The position numbers were made by a program, and so were the translations under genes. A DNA stretch of 64,000 bases from Minisyncoccota bacterium (GTDB lineage Bacteria; Patescibacteriota; Minisyncoccia; Phycocordibacterales; UBA9973): contig JBAYHJ010000003.1 in assembly GCA_041666225.1 (NCBI GenBank), positions 17,116-81,115 on the forward strand. The letters are read 5' to 3'. The notes beneath the pieces were generated by a model. That model was not told the DNA's origin. It searched no databases and saw only the letters and a program-made list of their open reading frames with translations. This document shows, in pieces, positions 1 to 10,297 of the stretch (position 1 is the first letter of the stretch; each line of letters opens with the position of its first letter).

Positions 1-7
1 TTAATTT

Positions 8-334
8 ATGTCTGAATTTAGAAATGAAAAAATAGCAAATAATATAAAAGAACTTGCGGCTATATATATAGAACGTGAATCAGGTCCAACCTCGATGATC
101 ACTGTCACTCGAGTTCTTTTATCTCCTGATGGAAAGAGAGCAACTATCATGGTAAGTGTCCTTCCTCGTGAAAAAGAAAAAGCAGCTTATGGTTTTATAA
201 AAAGAAATTTAGGAGACTTGAGAAAACAAGTCACAAAAAGTCTACGAATTAATCCAATCCCTTTTTTAGATGTTGAAATAGATGAAGGAGAAAAGAATCG
301 TCAAAAGATTGACGATTTGTTAATGAACGGGTAG
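8..334 (+). CDS. rbfA: Ribosome-binding factor A
   Basis: ITVTRVLLSPDGKRATIMVS and INPIPFLDVEID match the RbfA KH-like fold. Confidence 0.85.
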   Translation: MSEFRNEKIANNIKELAAIYIERESGPTSMITVTRVLLSPDGKRATIMVSVLPREKEKAAYGFIKRNLGDLRKQVTKSLRINPIPFLDVEIDEGEKNRQKIDDLLMNG

Positions 335-365
335 GATAAGAAAAGTTTGTTAAATTTTTAATATC

Positions 366-423
366 GGCCTAGTAGCCAAGTGGCACGAACGTAGCGAAAT
401 GAAAAAAGCCAGAGATGATCTCT
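366..423 (+). pseudogene. Degenerate partial copy of tRNA-Cys 5' half
   Basis: GGCCTAGTAGCCAAGTGG is 17/18 identical to the tRNA-Cys 5' end; later CAGAGAT-G-ATCTCT reproduces its anticodon stem. Confidence 0.5.
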
Positions 424-476
424 GCCAGACAAGTAAGATAAGTTTAAAAGTTATTTCAAGGTTTAGTTTTTAATAA

Positions 477-548
477 GGCCTGGTAGCCAAGTGGTAAGGC
501 AGAGATCTGCAAAATCTCTATACGGCGGTTCAATTCCGCCCCAGGCCT
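477..548 (+). tRNA. tRNA-Cys (GCA)
   Basis: Acceptor GGCCTGG/CCAGGCC, anticodon arm GAGAT-CTGCAAA-ATCTC, T arm GGCGG-TTCAATT-CCGCC. Confidence 0.95.
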
Positions 549-598
549 CAAAAATAAAAAGTAGCAATTTATATATAATTTTGCTAGTATATTTTTAT

Positions 599-680
599 GC
601 CCAGGTGGCGGAATTGGTATACGCGCTAGTCTTAGGAACTAGTGGAGCAATCCTTGGAGGTTCAAGTCCTCTCCTGGGCA
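599..680 (+). tRNA. tRNA-Leu (TAG)
   Basis: GCCCAGG/CCTGGGC acceptor, CTAGT-CTTAGGA-ACTAG anticodon arm, long variable arm, GGTTCAAGTCC. Confidence 0.95.
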
Positions 681-698
681 CAAAGAGAGACACCACAT

Positions 699-744
699 AA
701 AAAACTACAATTTAGAGACGGCCGTCTCTAAATTGTAGTTTTTT
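699..744 (+). terminator. 46-bp perfect palindrome (core GAGACGGCCGTCTC) with T-run; likely tRNA operon terminator / REP-like
   Basis: AAAAAACTACAATTTAGAGACGG|CCGTCTCTAAATTGTAGTTTTTT. Confidence 0.7.
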
Positions 745-774
745 TTTTATTTATTTCCATGTTAAACTACTTTT

Positions 775-1644
775 ATGTCCCACCAAAAAACTGCCGAAAA
801 AACTGTTTATTTTAGTATCCTTAGCAATACTCTACTTGCTGCCATTAAATGGACTGCTGGTTTCTTTGGAAATTCATATGCTTTAATCGCAGATGCAATA
901 GAGTCAACAACAGACATTGTGTCATCTATTTTAGTTTTATTTGGAATAAAATATTCTTCAAAACCAGCCGACAAAAACCATCCATACGGTCACGGAAGAA
1001 TTGAACCACTTGTCACCTTTTTGGTTGTTGGATTTTTAATTACATCGGCGATAATAATTACTATTCATGCAATTGAAAATATACAAACCCCTCACGGATT
1101 ACCAAAATTTTATACCCTTTTTATTTTAGCAGGGATTATCGCATGGAAAGAAATTTCTTATAGGCTAGTTATTAAAAAAAGTAAGGAGACAAAAAGTAGT
1201 TCACTCAAAGCCGATGCTTGGCATCACCGAAGTGACGCCATAACCTCAGTTGCCGCATTTATAGGAATAACTATCGCTCTCATACTAGGTGAAGGATTTG
1301 AGTCAGCCGATGACTGGGCTGCTATATTTGCAGCTCTATTTATTTTATATAATTGTTATTTAATCTTTAGACCCGCACTTGGCGAAATCATGGATGAACA
1401 TACTCATGATGATATAGTTGGTAAAATCAGAGAAATATCAACAACAGTCAAAGGAGTTATAGCCACCGAAAAATGTTTTGTTCGAAAAACTGGAATGCAA
1501 TTTCATATAGACTTACATATTACTGTAGATTCTCAGATTTCTGTAAAAGAAGGACATGCAATATCTCATAGACTTAAAAAAGTCCTAAAAGAAGAAATGG
1601 CAGAATTATCAAATGTTTTGATTCACGTTGAACCAAATAATTAA
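775..1644 (+). CDS. Cation diffusion facilitator (FieF-like) transporter
   Basis: SYALIADAIES, HPYGHGRIE, ADAWHHRSD, C-terminal IHVEP. Confidence 0.93.
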   Translation: MSHQKTAEKTVYFSILSNTLLAAIKWTAGFFGNSYALIADAIESTTDIVSSILVLFGIKYSSKPADKNHPYGHGRIEPLVTFLVVGFLITSAIIITIHAIENIQTPHGLPKFYTLFILAGIIAWKEISYRLVIKKSKETKSSSLKADAWHHRSDAITSVAAFIGITIALILGEGFESADDWAAIFAALFILYNCYLIFRPALGEIMDEHTHDDIVGKIREISTTVKGVIATEKCFVRKTGMQFHIDLHITVDSQISVKEGHAISHRLKKVLKEEMAELSNVLIHVEPNN

Positions 1645-1688
1645 ATATAAAGTTGCTTCTTCTTCTAAAATATAGTATACTCTAAAAC

Positions 1689-1922
1689 ATGACGATTATA
1701 GTTAAAGTATTGCCTTATATACAAATTATACTATCTATTATTTTAGTAGTTGCAATTTTACTTCAGCAATCTAGTGCTGGAGTTGGAGGGGCATTAGGAG
1801 GTGGAGACGGGGGTGGACTATATAGTACACGTCGTGGTTTTGAGAAATTTCTTTTTATTTTAACGATAATTATTGGTATTTTTTTTGTTGTATCATCGTT
1901 TGTGGCTATATTCATCAAATAA
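1689..1922 (+). CDS. secG: Preprotein translocase subunit SecG
   Basis: Two TM helices around ILLQ...GGALGG...RRGFEKFL. Confidence 0.9.
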   Translation: MTIIVKVLPYIQIILSIILVVAILLQQSSAGVGGALGGGDGGGLYSTRRGFEKFLFILTIIIGIFFVVSSFVAIFIK

Positions 1923-1968
1923 TCGAAGATTAAAATCTCTAATCTAATTGTTTTTATTGTGTGTTTTT

Positions 1969-3768
1969 ATGCATAAATTTATTCTATTCATTAAAGAATT
2001 TCATTTTTACAAGAAAAAAGAACTACTCGAGGCTGCAGCATCTTTCTCTGATAAACTTTTTCTTATCTTTGTAGCAATTTTATCTATTGCTATTATTTTA
2101 GTGACAATTATTGTGGGAAAAGTGAATTCCATGTTTTTAGTCAATGTGCCTATAACAGGTGGAACAGTAACAGAAGGTATCATCGGTGTTCCAACTTTAG
2201 TTAATCCAGTTATTGCAATATCTGATGCTGATAAAGATTTAACTTCACTTGTTTATTCTGGTTTAATGAGAAAAGATTCAGAAGGAAATTTTATCCAAGA
2301 TTTAGCAGAATCATATAATATTTCTCCTGATGGTATTAATTACACTTTTACGATAAGAAAAGATGCAAAATTTCATGACGGAACAAAGATAACTGCAGAT
2401 GATATTATATTTACGATTGAAAAAATAAAAGACCCAACCATTAAAAGTCCTCGCAGAATGGGCTGGGATGGAGTTAATGTGAGTAAAAAAGATGATTACA
2501 CTGTTGTCTTTACACTTGCACAGTCATATATATCATTTTTAGACAACATGACAATTGGTATACTTCCATCAGCCCTATGGAAAGATATAAAACCAAATGA
2601 ATTTAATTTATCTCCTTTAAACACAAAAGCAATAGGATCAGGTCCTTATAAAATAAAATCGGTAACTAAAGATGATAATGGAATATCACAAGAATATAAA
2701 CTTGAGCGTTTCAGTAACTTCATGCTTGGTAAACCAAATATTAAATATTTTAATATAATTTCTTTTGCTAATGAAAAAGATTTAATAAAAGCACTCTTAA
2801 ATCACTCTATTGATCAAGCGGGTGGAATTAGTTCAGAAAATATGAATGAGGTAAAAAAAGAAAAATATAAAGTATATGAAGCTACACTACCTCGAATATT
2901 TGGAATATTTTTTAATAGTAATAATAATAAAATATTTACCGATCAAGCAGTTATACAATCCATAAATAAAGCATTAGATCGACAAGCTGTGGTAAACCAA
3001 GTTTTGGGTGGTTATGGTTCTAATATTTATGGCCCAATACCAGAAAAAATTATTCAAACTGAAAATAAAATTACTTATGATGAATCGACCTTAAACGAAG
3101 CTCGTCAAATATTGGACAAGGCTGGTTGGGTTATCGGAGAAGATGGTATTCGCAAAAAAGGAGGTTCTGTAAGTAAAACAATTACAAAAAAAGTTGGGAA
3201 GAAAACAGTAACTCAAACAATTAAAAGCACTTCCCCTTCTATTCGTTTAAGCTTTTCTCTAACGACAGGTGATACTCCAGAGCTTAAACAAACAACATTA
3301 TTGATAAAAGAACAATTGGCAAAAATTGGAATAGAAGTGGACACAAGTAAGATATATGAGACAGGTCAATTAAATCAAATTATTAGAGCCCGAAATTATG
3401 AAGCACTTTTCTTTGGGCAAATTGTAAATCATGAATCCGATTTATATTCTTTTTGGCATTCATCTCAAAGAACAGATCCTGGTTTAAATATCGCGATGTT
3501 CAACGATAAGAAGGCTGATGCAATTCTTGAATCAATTCAGAAAACACTAAAATTCGAAGAGCGCACAGATAAATATAAAGCTCTTGAAAATGAATTCGAT
3601 AAAAATATACCTGCTATTTTGATTTACTCTCCCAAATATTTATATGTAACATCCCCTAACCTTAACAACATCTTACTTAAGAATATAACGGTGCCCTCAG
3701 ATCGTTTTACTTCAGCTTACAATTGGTATGCTGATACGGACAAAGTCTGGAAAATTTTTACTAAATAA
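1969..3768 (+). CDS. Peptide/nickel ABC transporter substrate-binding protein (family 5), membrane anchored
   Basis: LVYSGL, DLAES, YTFTIRKDAKFHDG, IGSGPYK; ATG 1969 preferred over TTG 1948. Confidence 0.85.
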   Translation: MHKFILFIKEFHFYKKKELLEAAASFSDKLFLIFVAILSIAIILVTIIVGKVNSMFLVNVPITGGTVTEGIIGVPTLVNPVIAISDADKDLTSLVYSGLMRKDSEGNFIQDLAESYNISPDGINYTFTIRKDAKFHDGTKITADDIIFTIEKIKDPTIKSPRRMGWDGVNVSKKDDYTVVFTLAQSYISFLDNMTIGILPSALWKDIKPNEFNLSPLNTKAIGSGPYKIKSVTKDDNGISQEYKLERFSNFMLGKPNIKYFNIISFANEKDLIKALLNHSIDQAGGISSENMNEVKKEKYKVYEATLPRIFGIFFNSNNNKIFTDQAVIQSINKALDRQAVVNQVLGGYGSNIYGPIPEKIIQTENKITYDESTLNEARQILDKAGWVIGEDGIRKKGGSVSKTITKKVGKKTVTQTIKSTSPSIRLSFSLTTGDTPELKQTTLLIKEQLAKIGIEVDTSKIYETGQLNQIIRARNYEALFFGQIVNHESDLYSFWHSSQRTDPGLNIAMFNDKKADAILESIQKTLKFEERTDKYKALENEFDKNIPAILIYSPKYLYVTSPNLNNILLKNITVPSDRFTSAYNWYADTDKVWKIFTK

Positions 3769-3780
3769 AATAAATAAAAT

Positions 3781-5763
3781 ATGAATGAAATACCAAAAAA
3801 AATCGTAAACCCTAAATCTAAAAGTGGTCAAAAGTTTAATTACAAAAAACAAGGGAATATCCGTGTCTTGCATAAACCACAGCAACCTATAACCAAAATA
3901 GTAAGTACAACAAAACAAACTTCCTATAGTAGTGATAGACCAAAAGGAACAAATAAAAAAATAAGTCGCGGAAGTTATCAATATAGTAATAATAAAGGTA
4001 ATCGTAGACCTAAGGCAGAAGTCCAAACTATAAACAATAAACCAACTTTTTCCAAAAATAAACCAACACCTATTCCACCGCCAGAGAAGGGAGTTATTCG
4101 AATAATTCCTCTCGGTGGAGTTGAAGAAATTGGGAAAAATATGACTGCTATTGAAATCGGTGATGATATTATTGTCATCGATGCTGGTATGCAATTTAAA
4201 ACTGAAGATACACCTGGAATCGATTACATTATCCCAAACACTACTTATTTAGAAGAAAGAAAGGATAAAGTAAAAGCGATGTTGGTAACCCATGGGCACT
4301 TAGATCATATAGGAGGTATTCCTCTAGTCATGAGTCGTATTGGTAATCCCCCGCTATATTCTAGAAATCTTTCTGTATTAGTAATGAAAAAACGACAAGA
4401 AGAATTTCCTCACTTGCCACCCCTAAACTGCCAAATTGTTGAAAAAAATTCTGTTATTACAGTTGGTAATTTGCGTATCCGTTTCTTTGGAGTAACACAT
4501 ACAATGCCTGACTCTATGGGTATAGTTATTGAAACACCATATGGATCAATCGTAACTCCAGGAGATTATAAATTAGATCAAATTGACGGAGTAGTTAGCG
4601 ATGAAGAAGAAAAAGAATATGCATTTTTTGATAAAGAAAAAGTTCTCTTACTTTTAACAGATTCCACAAATATTGAGAATGAAGGATTCTCTCTTCCAGA
4701 AGTTAGAGTTCATGAGGGACTAGATAAGGTTATAAGACAAGGAACTGGTAGAATTATTATTTCGGCTTTTGCCTCATCTATTACTCGTCTTATGAAAATT
4801 GTTGAAATTGCAGAATCTTTGGGTAAAAAAGTTGTTCTTGATGGAAGGTCACTTAAAACAAATATGGAAGTTTGTGAATTAGCGGGAATCTTCACTCCAA
4901 AAAAGGGTACAATTATTCCAGTTGAAGATGTAGACAAATACCCTCCCAATAAAGTTCTTATCATGATGACAGGTGCTCAAGGAGAAGAATTTGCGGCCCT
5001 TGGTCGTGCTGCAAATAAAACTCATAAAAAATTTCAAATTCGCCCGGGTGATACAATTATTCTTTCTTCTTCTATTGTTCCTGGAAATGAAATAGCTGTA
5101 CAACACCTAAAAGATAATTTATCTCGTCATGGAGTTCGTATTATAAGTTATCGAACAAGTGAAGAATATATTCATGCGACTGGACATGGGAACCAAGAAG
5201 ATATTAAGTGGTTACATAAAAAAACTCATCCTAAATTTTTTATTCCTATACACGGCTGGCATTCAATGCTTGTAAAACACAAAGAAGTAGCTATGTCTAT
5301 CGGTATGTCAGGAGATAATATTATTGTTCCAGACAATGGCTCAATTATTGAAATAGTTGATAATGGAGAAAAGATGATTCTTCGTAAAGAAAAAGCACCA
5401 TCAGGCCCAATGATGGTGGATGGATTCTCTGTTGGAGATGAACAAGATGTTGTGATCAGAGATAGAGTCATGCTTGCTCAGGATGGAATGTTTGTTCTTA
5501 TTGCCACAATTGATTCTACTTCTGGAAAATTAAGAAAATCTCCAGATATAATATCTCGTGGTTTTATTTACCTAAAAGAAAATCAGGAATTACTCCACCA
5601 AGTCAGGTTGATAATTAAGAAAACCGTTGAGGATGAAACAAATGGAATGAACCCAATCAATTTTGATGTTATTAAAACTGCCCTCGGTGACAACATCTCA
5701 AAATTCCTTTTCCAAAAAACAGCCAAGCGACCTATTGTCATCCCAGTATTATTAAGTATTTAA
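3781..5763 (+). CDS. rnj: Ribonuclease J
   Basis: IIPLGGVEEIGKNM, THGHLDHIGG, GAQGE, HATGHG; basic ~100-aa N-terminal extension. Confidence 0.95.
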   Translation: MNEIPKKIVNPKSKSGQKFNYKKQGNIRVLHKPQQPITKIVSTTKQTSYSSDRPKGTNKKISRGSYQYSNNKGNRRPKAEVQTINNKPTFSKNKPTPIPPPEKGVIRIIPLGGVEEIGKNMTAIEIGDDIIVIDAGMQFKTEDTPGIDYIIPNTTYLEERKDKVKAMLVTHGHLDHIGGIPLVMSRIGNPPLYSRNLSVLVMKKRQEEFPHLPPLNCQIVEKNSVITVGNLRIRFFGVTHTMPDSMGIVIETPYGSIVTPGDYKLDQIDGVVSDEEEKEYAFFDKEKVLLLLTDSTNIENEGFSLPEVRVHEGLDKVIRQGTGRIIISAFASSITRLMKIVEIAESLGKKVVLDGRSLKTNMEVCELAGIFTPKKGTIIPVEDVDKYPPNKVLIMMTGAQGEEFAALGRAANKTHKKFQIRPGDTIILSSSIVPGNEIAVQHLKDNLSRHGVRIISYRTSEEYIHATGHGNQEDIKWLHKKTHPKFFIPIHGWHSMLVKHKEVAMSIGMSGDNIIVPDNGSIIEIVDNGEKMILRKEKAPSGPMMVDGFSVGDEQDVVIRDRVMLAQDGMFVLIATIDSTSGKLRKSPDIISRGFIYLKENQELLHQVRLIIKKTVEDETNGMNPINFDVIKTALGDNISKFLFQKTAKRPIVIPVLLSI

Positions 5764-5767
5764 AAAT

Positions 5768-6952
5768 ATGAATAAAATTTCTAAAATAAAAAGAATGTAT
5801 GCTTTATCATTTATTTTTGCTTTGCATATTTCTATATCAGCATATATCAGCTCTGTATTTTTAACTAAAATTATAAAAGAAGACTTCGTGGGTATTTTAT
5901 ATACACTAGCTTCTTTATTGACCCTAATTCTTCTAACGAAAAGTTCCAGTATACTAAAAAATTTTGGGAATAGAAGATTGATCATTATGTTTCTAGTGAT
6001 GAATATGTTTTCATTGGTTGGTCTTATAACCTCAAATAATCCTTATATTATAGGTACTTCATTTATCCTATTCACTACAACTAATACCCTTGTTTATTTT
6101 TGTATTGATATATTTATTGAACATTTTGGAAATCCACAAACAATAGGCAAGACTCGTGGATTATATTTAACGATATTGAATATAGCATGGATCATGTCTC
6201 CTCTTATTTCGGTTTTTTTAATTACAAAAGAGGGTGGATATAAAGCTATATTTATACTCGCCTTTTTAATGGTTTCTTTGATGACAGTAGGATTATTTTT
6301 CTCTGTAAGAACTTTCAAGGATAAAACTTACAACAAAACTCCACTTTTAGAAACATTTAAATATTTAAAAACAAATCACCATATGTTTTCTATTGTAGTT
6401 ATAAATTTTCTATTACAATTCTTTTTTGCTTGGATGATTGTTTATACTCCTATTTATCTTTTTAATCATTTAGGTTTTAACTGGAATCAGATTGGCATCA
6501 TCTTCACAATCATGCTTACTCCTTTTGTCATACTTGGATTACCAATTGGAACACTTATAGATAAATATCATACTAGTAAGAGACTTTTATTATATATTGG
6601 ATTTTTTATAATAATTTTTTCAACATTAATTATTTCATTCATTACAACAAAAAGTATAGCAATCTGGGCTATTATTTTATTGATTACACGAGTTGGAGCA
6701 AGCATAATAGAAACAACATCAGAAACATATTTTTTCACTCATATCAAAGAGGAAGATGCTTATCTACTTGGAACATTTAGAGATATGAATCCTGTCGCAT
6801 ACATAATCGCACCATTGATAGCGACTGGAGTATTCTTATTTTTACCTTTTAAATATCTTTTTATTGTATTAAGTGTAATATTAGCTACAGGTTTGTATTT
6901 TACTTCTAAACTAAAACACAATCATGATAATCTACCCAGTACGAATAAATAA
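5768..6952 (+). CDS. MFS transporter
   Basis: ~12 hydrophobic helices, motif-A-like GTLIDKY. Confidence 0.8.
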   Translation: MNKISKIKRMYALSFIFALHISISAYISSVFLTKIIKEDFVGILYTLASLLTLILLTKSSSILKNFGNRRLIIMFLVMNMFSLVGLITSNNPYIIGTSFILFTTTNTLVYFCIDIFIEHFGNPQTIGKTRGLYLTILNIAWIMSPLISVFLITKEGGYKAIFILAFLMVSLMTVGLFFSVRTFKDKTYNKTPLLETFKYLKTNHHMFSIVVINFLLQFFFAWMIVYTPIYLFNHLGFNWNQIGIIFTIMLTPFVILGLPIGTLIDKYHTSKRLLLYIGFFIIIFSTLIISFITTKSIAIWAIILLITRVGASIIETTSETYFFTHIKEEDAYLLGTFRDMNPVAYIIAPLIATGVFLFLPFKYLFIVLSVILATGLYFTSKLKHNHDNLPSTNK

Positions 6953-7631
6953 ATACCTCGCACTTAAAAATTATTCCACTCGTGTTGGTGGAGATGAACT
7001 TATTAAAAAGGGTCTAGTTTTTATCAATGGCAAAAAAGCAGTCCTGGGTGATAAAGTTTATGAAAATGATGAAGTAAAAGTAAATTCTAAAGGAGCAAAA
7101 AAAGAATATGTTTATTATGCATACAATAAAGACATAAATGTTTCTACAAACCCAGACACAACTAGTAAAGATATCTTACAAGTTACCAGATTCCCTGTCC
7201 GCGTATTTCCTGTTGGACGTCTTGATAAAGATTCACATGGATTAATATTGATGACCAATGATGGCCGTGTGACAGACCGATTACTTTCCCCTCGCTATGT
7301 CCACGAGAAAGAATACACAGTAAAAGTTGATAAGCCATTTTCAGATACCTTTATAGAATTAATGCAAAATGGAGTTCACTTCGATGGATTCATCAGTAAA
7401 AAATGTAAAGTTTGGAGGCAACCTAAATCTAAGGATATCTTTCACATAGTGCTCACAGAGGGCAAGAAACGTCAAATAAGACGCATGTGTGAAGCATTAC
7501 ACCACAATGTCATAAATCTTAAAAGAATACGCATTTTAAATATTGAATTAGGTAAAATTCCTCTCGGTGAATGGAGAGAAATCAAAGGAAAAGAATTAGA
7601 TGAACTTTTAAGACAATTAAATCTAATATAA
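6924..7631 (+). CDS. rRNA pseudouridine synthase (RsuA/RluB/RluF family)
   Basis: S4 domain, PVGRLDKDSHGL, LTEGKKRQIRRM. Confidence 0.92.
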   Translation: MIIYPVRINKYLALKNYSTRVGGDELIKKGLVFINGKKAVLGDKVYENDEVKVNSKGAKKEYVYYAYNKDINVSTNPDTTSKDILQVTRFPVRVFPVGRLDKDSHGLILMTNDGRVTDRLLSPRYVHEKEYTVKVDKPFSDTFIELMQNGVHFDGFISKKCKVWRQPKSKDIFHIVLTEGKKRQIRRMCEALHHNVINLKRIRILNIELGKIPLGEWREIKGKELDELLRQLNLI

Positions 7632-7670
7632 ATAAAAAATCACCAATAAAATTGGTGATTTTTTATTTAT
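7628..7670. terminator. Bidirectional intrinsic terminator
   Basis: 20-bp inverted repeat ATAAATAAAAAATCACCAAT-AAA-ATTGGTGATTTTTTATTTAT between convergent genes. Confidence 0.8.
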
Positions 7671-7676
7671 GAATTT

Positions 7677-8864
7677 TTAATCTTCAAATCCTACCTTATG
7701 ACGACTCTCAATTCCAAAAACACCGTCAGGAGTAAGTCCATTTTCTTTTTGCCATTCAATTAATTTTTGTTTTGTCATTGGCCCAAAAGATCCATCTTCT
7801 AGTATTTCCAATATTGCTTGAAGAAGTTTAACGTCATCTCCTTTTATTCCATGCTTTAGTGTTCTTGAAATTCCATAATTTCTCACACCACAATTAGACC
7901 CTGGTTCTGTACAAATCTTTTTATCATCTTTCTTATCATCATCAACTACTGGACAAATCTCCCCTGTCATTGGGCTAAACTTATACCCAGGTAGACATCC
8001 ATCATTTACTAACTCAGTAGAGCAAGGTAGTCCTGTCATTGGACTAAATTTAAATCCAGGTAAACAACCCTTAATCTCTTTTTCAGTTGAATCTAATACT
8101 TTCACACTTAAACTTGTTTCAGCACTTCCTCCATTCGAAGGACATGGGGTTGTAATACACCTAACAGTATTCTCACTTGTTACTCTAAATACAGGAGTAA
8201 ATGTTCCTACCCGTCCATAACTATGGGTAAATGTTGCTGATTGTTGATAATCCTTAATAGGTGGCATTATTGAAGTAGTGGACGTTGAATAAAGAGGTTC
8301 ATCTCCCCAAACTACATAATAGGAAAGATTCCCTCCCGTTGGAGCTGAAGCTTTTACTTCCCATTCCCCTTTTTGATCTACTTTTAATATTTGAGGACCC
8401 TTAACTCCTGAAATAACTGGATTATTTGAGACAGAAGAAGTGGTAGTAAAATAATTATCACTTTCATCTTTAATTCCTGAAGAGGAGGATAATTCAATTA
8501 CATACCTTGATCCTGAAACAACTGAAACCGAATTCGGTCCAGTACTCGCTCCACTCATCTTCTTACTTGTATCCCATAAATAACTGCCTGTATTTTTAAC
8601 GGTATCTATATAAAATTGAGTTTGACACCCAACCATAGGAGCTGAGCCACAACTTATACCATAATATTTTAGGTTTATAGTGATATCAGAATTACTATCA
8701 AAATTATCTGAATCCCATCTTATATTATATTTCTGACCAACTTGAATTGTTTCCCCACCATTTGGAGAAATGACTGTGATTGAAGGTTGAAAAGATTCAG
8801 CTTGAACCTTAAAACCAACAATAATAAAACTAAAAACAAATAGACCTATTAATAACTTTTTCAT
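7677..8864 (-). CDS. Secreted surface protein: Ig-like + PKD-like domain + Cys repeats + C-terminal peptidoglycan-binding domain
   Basis: Signal peptide; ITVISPNGGE; WGDE..FTHSY; GDDVKLLQ..DGSFGPMT..WQKENGLTPDGVFG. Confidence 0.75.
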   Translation of the reverse strand: MKKLLIGLFVFSFIIVGFKVQAESFQPSITVISPNGGETIQVGQKYNIRWDSDNFDSNSDITINLKYYGISCGSAPMVGCQTQFYIDTVKNTGSYLWDTSKKMSGASTGPNSVSVVSGSRYVIELSSSSGIKDESDNYFTTTSSVSNNPVISGVKGPQILKVDQKGEWEVKASAPTGGNLSYYVVWGDEPLYSTSTTSIMPPIKDYQQSATFTHSYGRVGTFTPVFRVTSENTVRCITTPCPSNGGSAETSLSVKVLDSTEKEIKGCLPGFKFSPMTGLPCSTELVNDGCLPGYKFSPMTGEICPVVDDDKKDDKKICTEPGSNCGVRNYGISRTLKHGIKGDDVKLLQAILEILEDGSFGPMTKQKLIEWQKENGLTPDGVFGIESRHKVGFED

Positions 8865-8938
8865 AAAAATTTTATTTGAAAAATTAAAACTAATAATATA
8901 TCGACATTATACACTAAATTAGTGCATAAATAACAAAA

Positions 8939-8961
8939 CCCACTACTTATGACGTAGTGGG
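8939..8961 (-). terminator. Terminator of rpsF-ssb-rpsR
   Basis: CCCACTAC/GTAGTGGG stem followed by TTTTG on minus strand. Confidence 0.65.
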
Positions 8962-8983
8962 GATTGAAATCTTACATGGTTAA

Positions 8984-9184
8984 CTATTTTGCGATATATG
9001 GCAACAGTCCCATAAATCTTGCACGCTTGATCGCTTCAGCCAATTTTCTTTGATTCTTAGCTGTCACGTCTGTACGTCTGCGAGACTGAATTCGAGCAGA
9101 AGGAGATAGAAATCTTTTTAGAACTTCTACATCTTTATAGTCAATATGTTTTATATTGTTTGATGAAAAATAATCTTGTTTCAT
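8984..9184 (-). CDS. rpsR: 30S ribosomal protein S18
   Basis: [12 protein letters not shown]...[19 protein letters not shown]. Confidence 0.97.
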   Translation of the reverse strand: MKQDYFSSNNIKHIDYKDVEVLKRFLSPSARIQSRRRTDVTAKNQRKLAEAIKRARFMGLLPYIAK

Positions 9185-9224
9185 ATTTCTTAATTCTTAA
9201 TTAGTAATCAGTAATTGGTAATTA

Positions 9225-9683
9225 TTAAAACGGAATATCTTCCGCATTTATTTGTTCCTCTGGATATTCAATCGTATCAAGTCCACCTTCGTCTTCTTTT
9301 TGTGATGGTGATCCTTTGATGGTTTGATCAAAACTTCCACCAGTCTTTTGGCCACCACTTGAACCAAATTGAACTCTATCCGCGATAACTTCGGTACGAT
9401 ACTTTTTAGTATTTGTAGCAGCGTCATCCCAACTTCTTGTTTGCATACGACCCTCTACCATTACCTGACTACCTTTTTTCATATACTGAGCAACTGTCTC
9501 AGCCTGACGACCAAAGACAACTACATTGTGATAATCGGCTGCTTCTTGTTTTGCACCATTTTTATCTTTCCAAACACGATTTGTCGCGACTGAAAAACTG
9601 CATACTTTCATTCCAGAGGGGATAGCTTTCAATTCTGGATCTCGTGTTAAATTTCCTATTATAAATACTTTGTTTAAATACAT
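9225..9683 (-). CDS. ssb: Single-stranded DNA-binding protein
   Basis: NKVFIIGNLTRDPE, VEGRMQTRSW, C-terminal DIPF. Confidence 0.97.
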   Translation of the reverse strand: MYLNKVFIIGNLTRDPELKAIPSGMKVCSFSVATNRVWKDKNGAKQEAADYHNVVVFGRQAETVAQYMKKGSQVMVEGRMQTRSWDDAATNTKKYRTEVIADRVQFGSSGGQKTGGSFDQTIKGSPSQKEDEGGLDTIEYPEEQINAEDIPF

Positions 9684-9796
9684 ATGTGAATATGTAGTAT
9701 GTAGAGTGTAGAAAGTAGAAAGGAAAAACTAATTTGTTTTTAACCCCTACTACTTACTACCTACTACTTCCTACCTAATATTTATTAATAATCCTA

Positions 9797-10297
9797 TTAT
9801 ACCACGAGAGCATCTATTTCCTTGTCTATAACTTCTTCATTAATAGGACCAGTCTCTTCAGTCTTTATAGCTGGGCGACGTCTATTGTTACCATCTTGCT
9901 TGCCATAAGCACGTTTGACTGACATGGTATTCTCACGAACTGTTTTAATCATAAGATATCGAACAAGCTTTTCGTTCTTGTCCAAGATATCTTTTATAAT
10001 TTTAGCAGCTTCGGTCGTACATTCAAACTTTACCCAACCAAAATATCCATAAGAAAACTTTTGTTTCTTGTTATTAATAGAACGAGTCATTTCATAAGCT
10101 AATTCCATTAGTTTAGGATATTCATCAGAGATGAAAACAGCTCCTTTTTCTATAAACATATCTTTAAATATTGTGACTTCTTCACCTAAATTTTCTTCTG
10201 CGATTGTAGGCAACATCAAGTAACCTACTTCGTAAACGCTAAGACGAATTTCTTTTTCTTCGCCTACATTTTCTTCTACTATTTGCTTTTTTGCCAT
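9797..10297 (-). CDS. rpsF: 30S ribosomal protein S6
   Basis: YEVGYLM..LAYEM..LVRYLMIK; position before ssb-rpsR. Confidence 0.88.
   Translation of the reverse strand: MAKKQIVEENVGEEKEIRLSVYEVGYLMLPTIAEENLGEEVTIFKDMFIEKGAVFISDEYPKLMELAYEMTRSINNKKQKFSYGYFGWVKFECTTEAAKIIKDILDKNEKLVRYLMIKTVRENTMSVKRAYGKQDGNNRRRPAIKTEETGPINEEVIDKEIDALVV

Noticed and set aside
491-700. 69-aa ORF
   Set aside because: Overlaps tRNA-Cys and tRNA-Leu.
3712-5471. Several minus-strand ORFs inside rnj (and similar antisense ORFs in glyA, ileS, macB)
   Set aside because: Antisense shadows of well-supported genes with no recognisable motifs.
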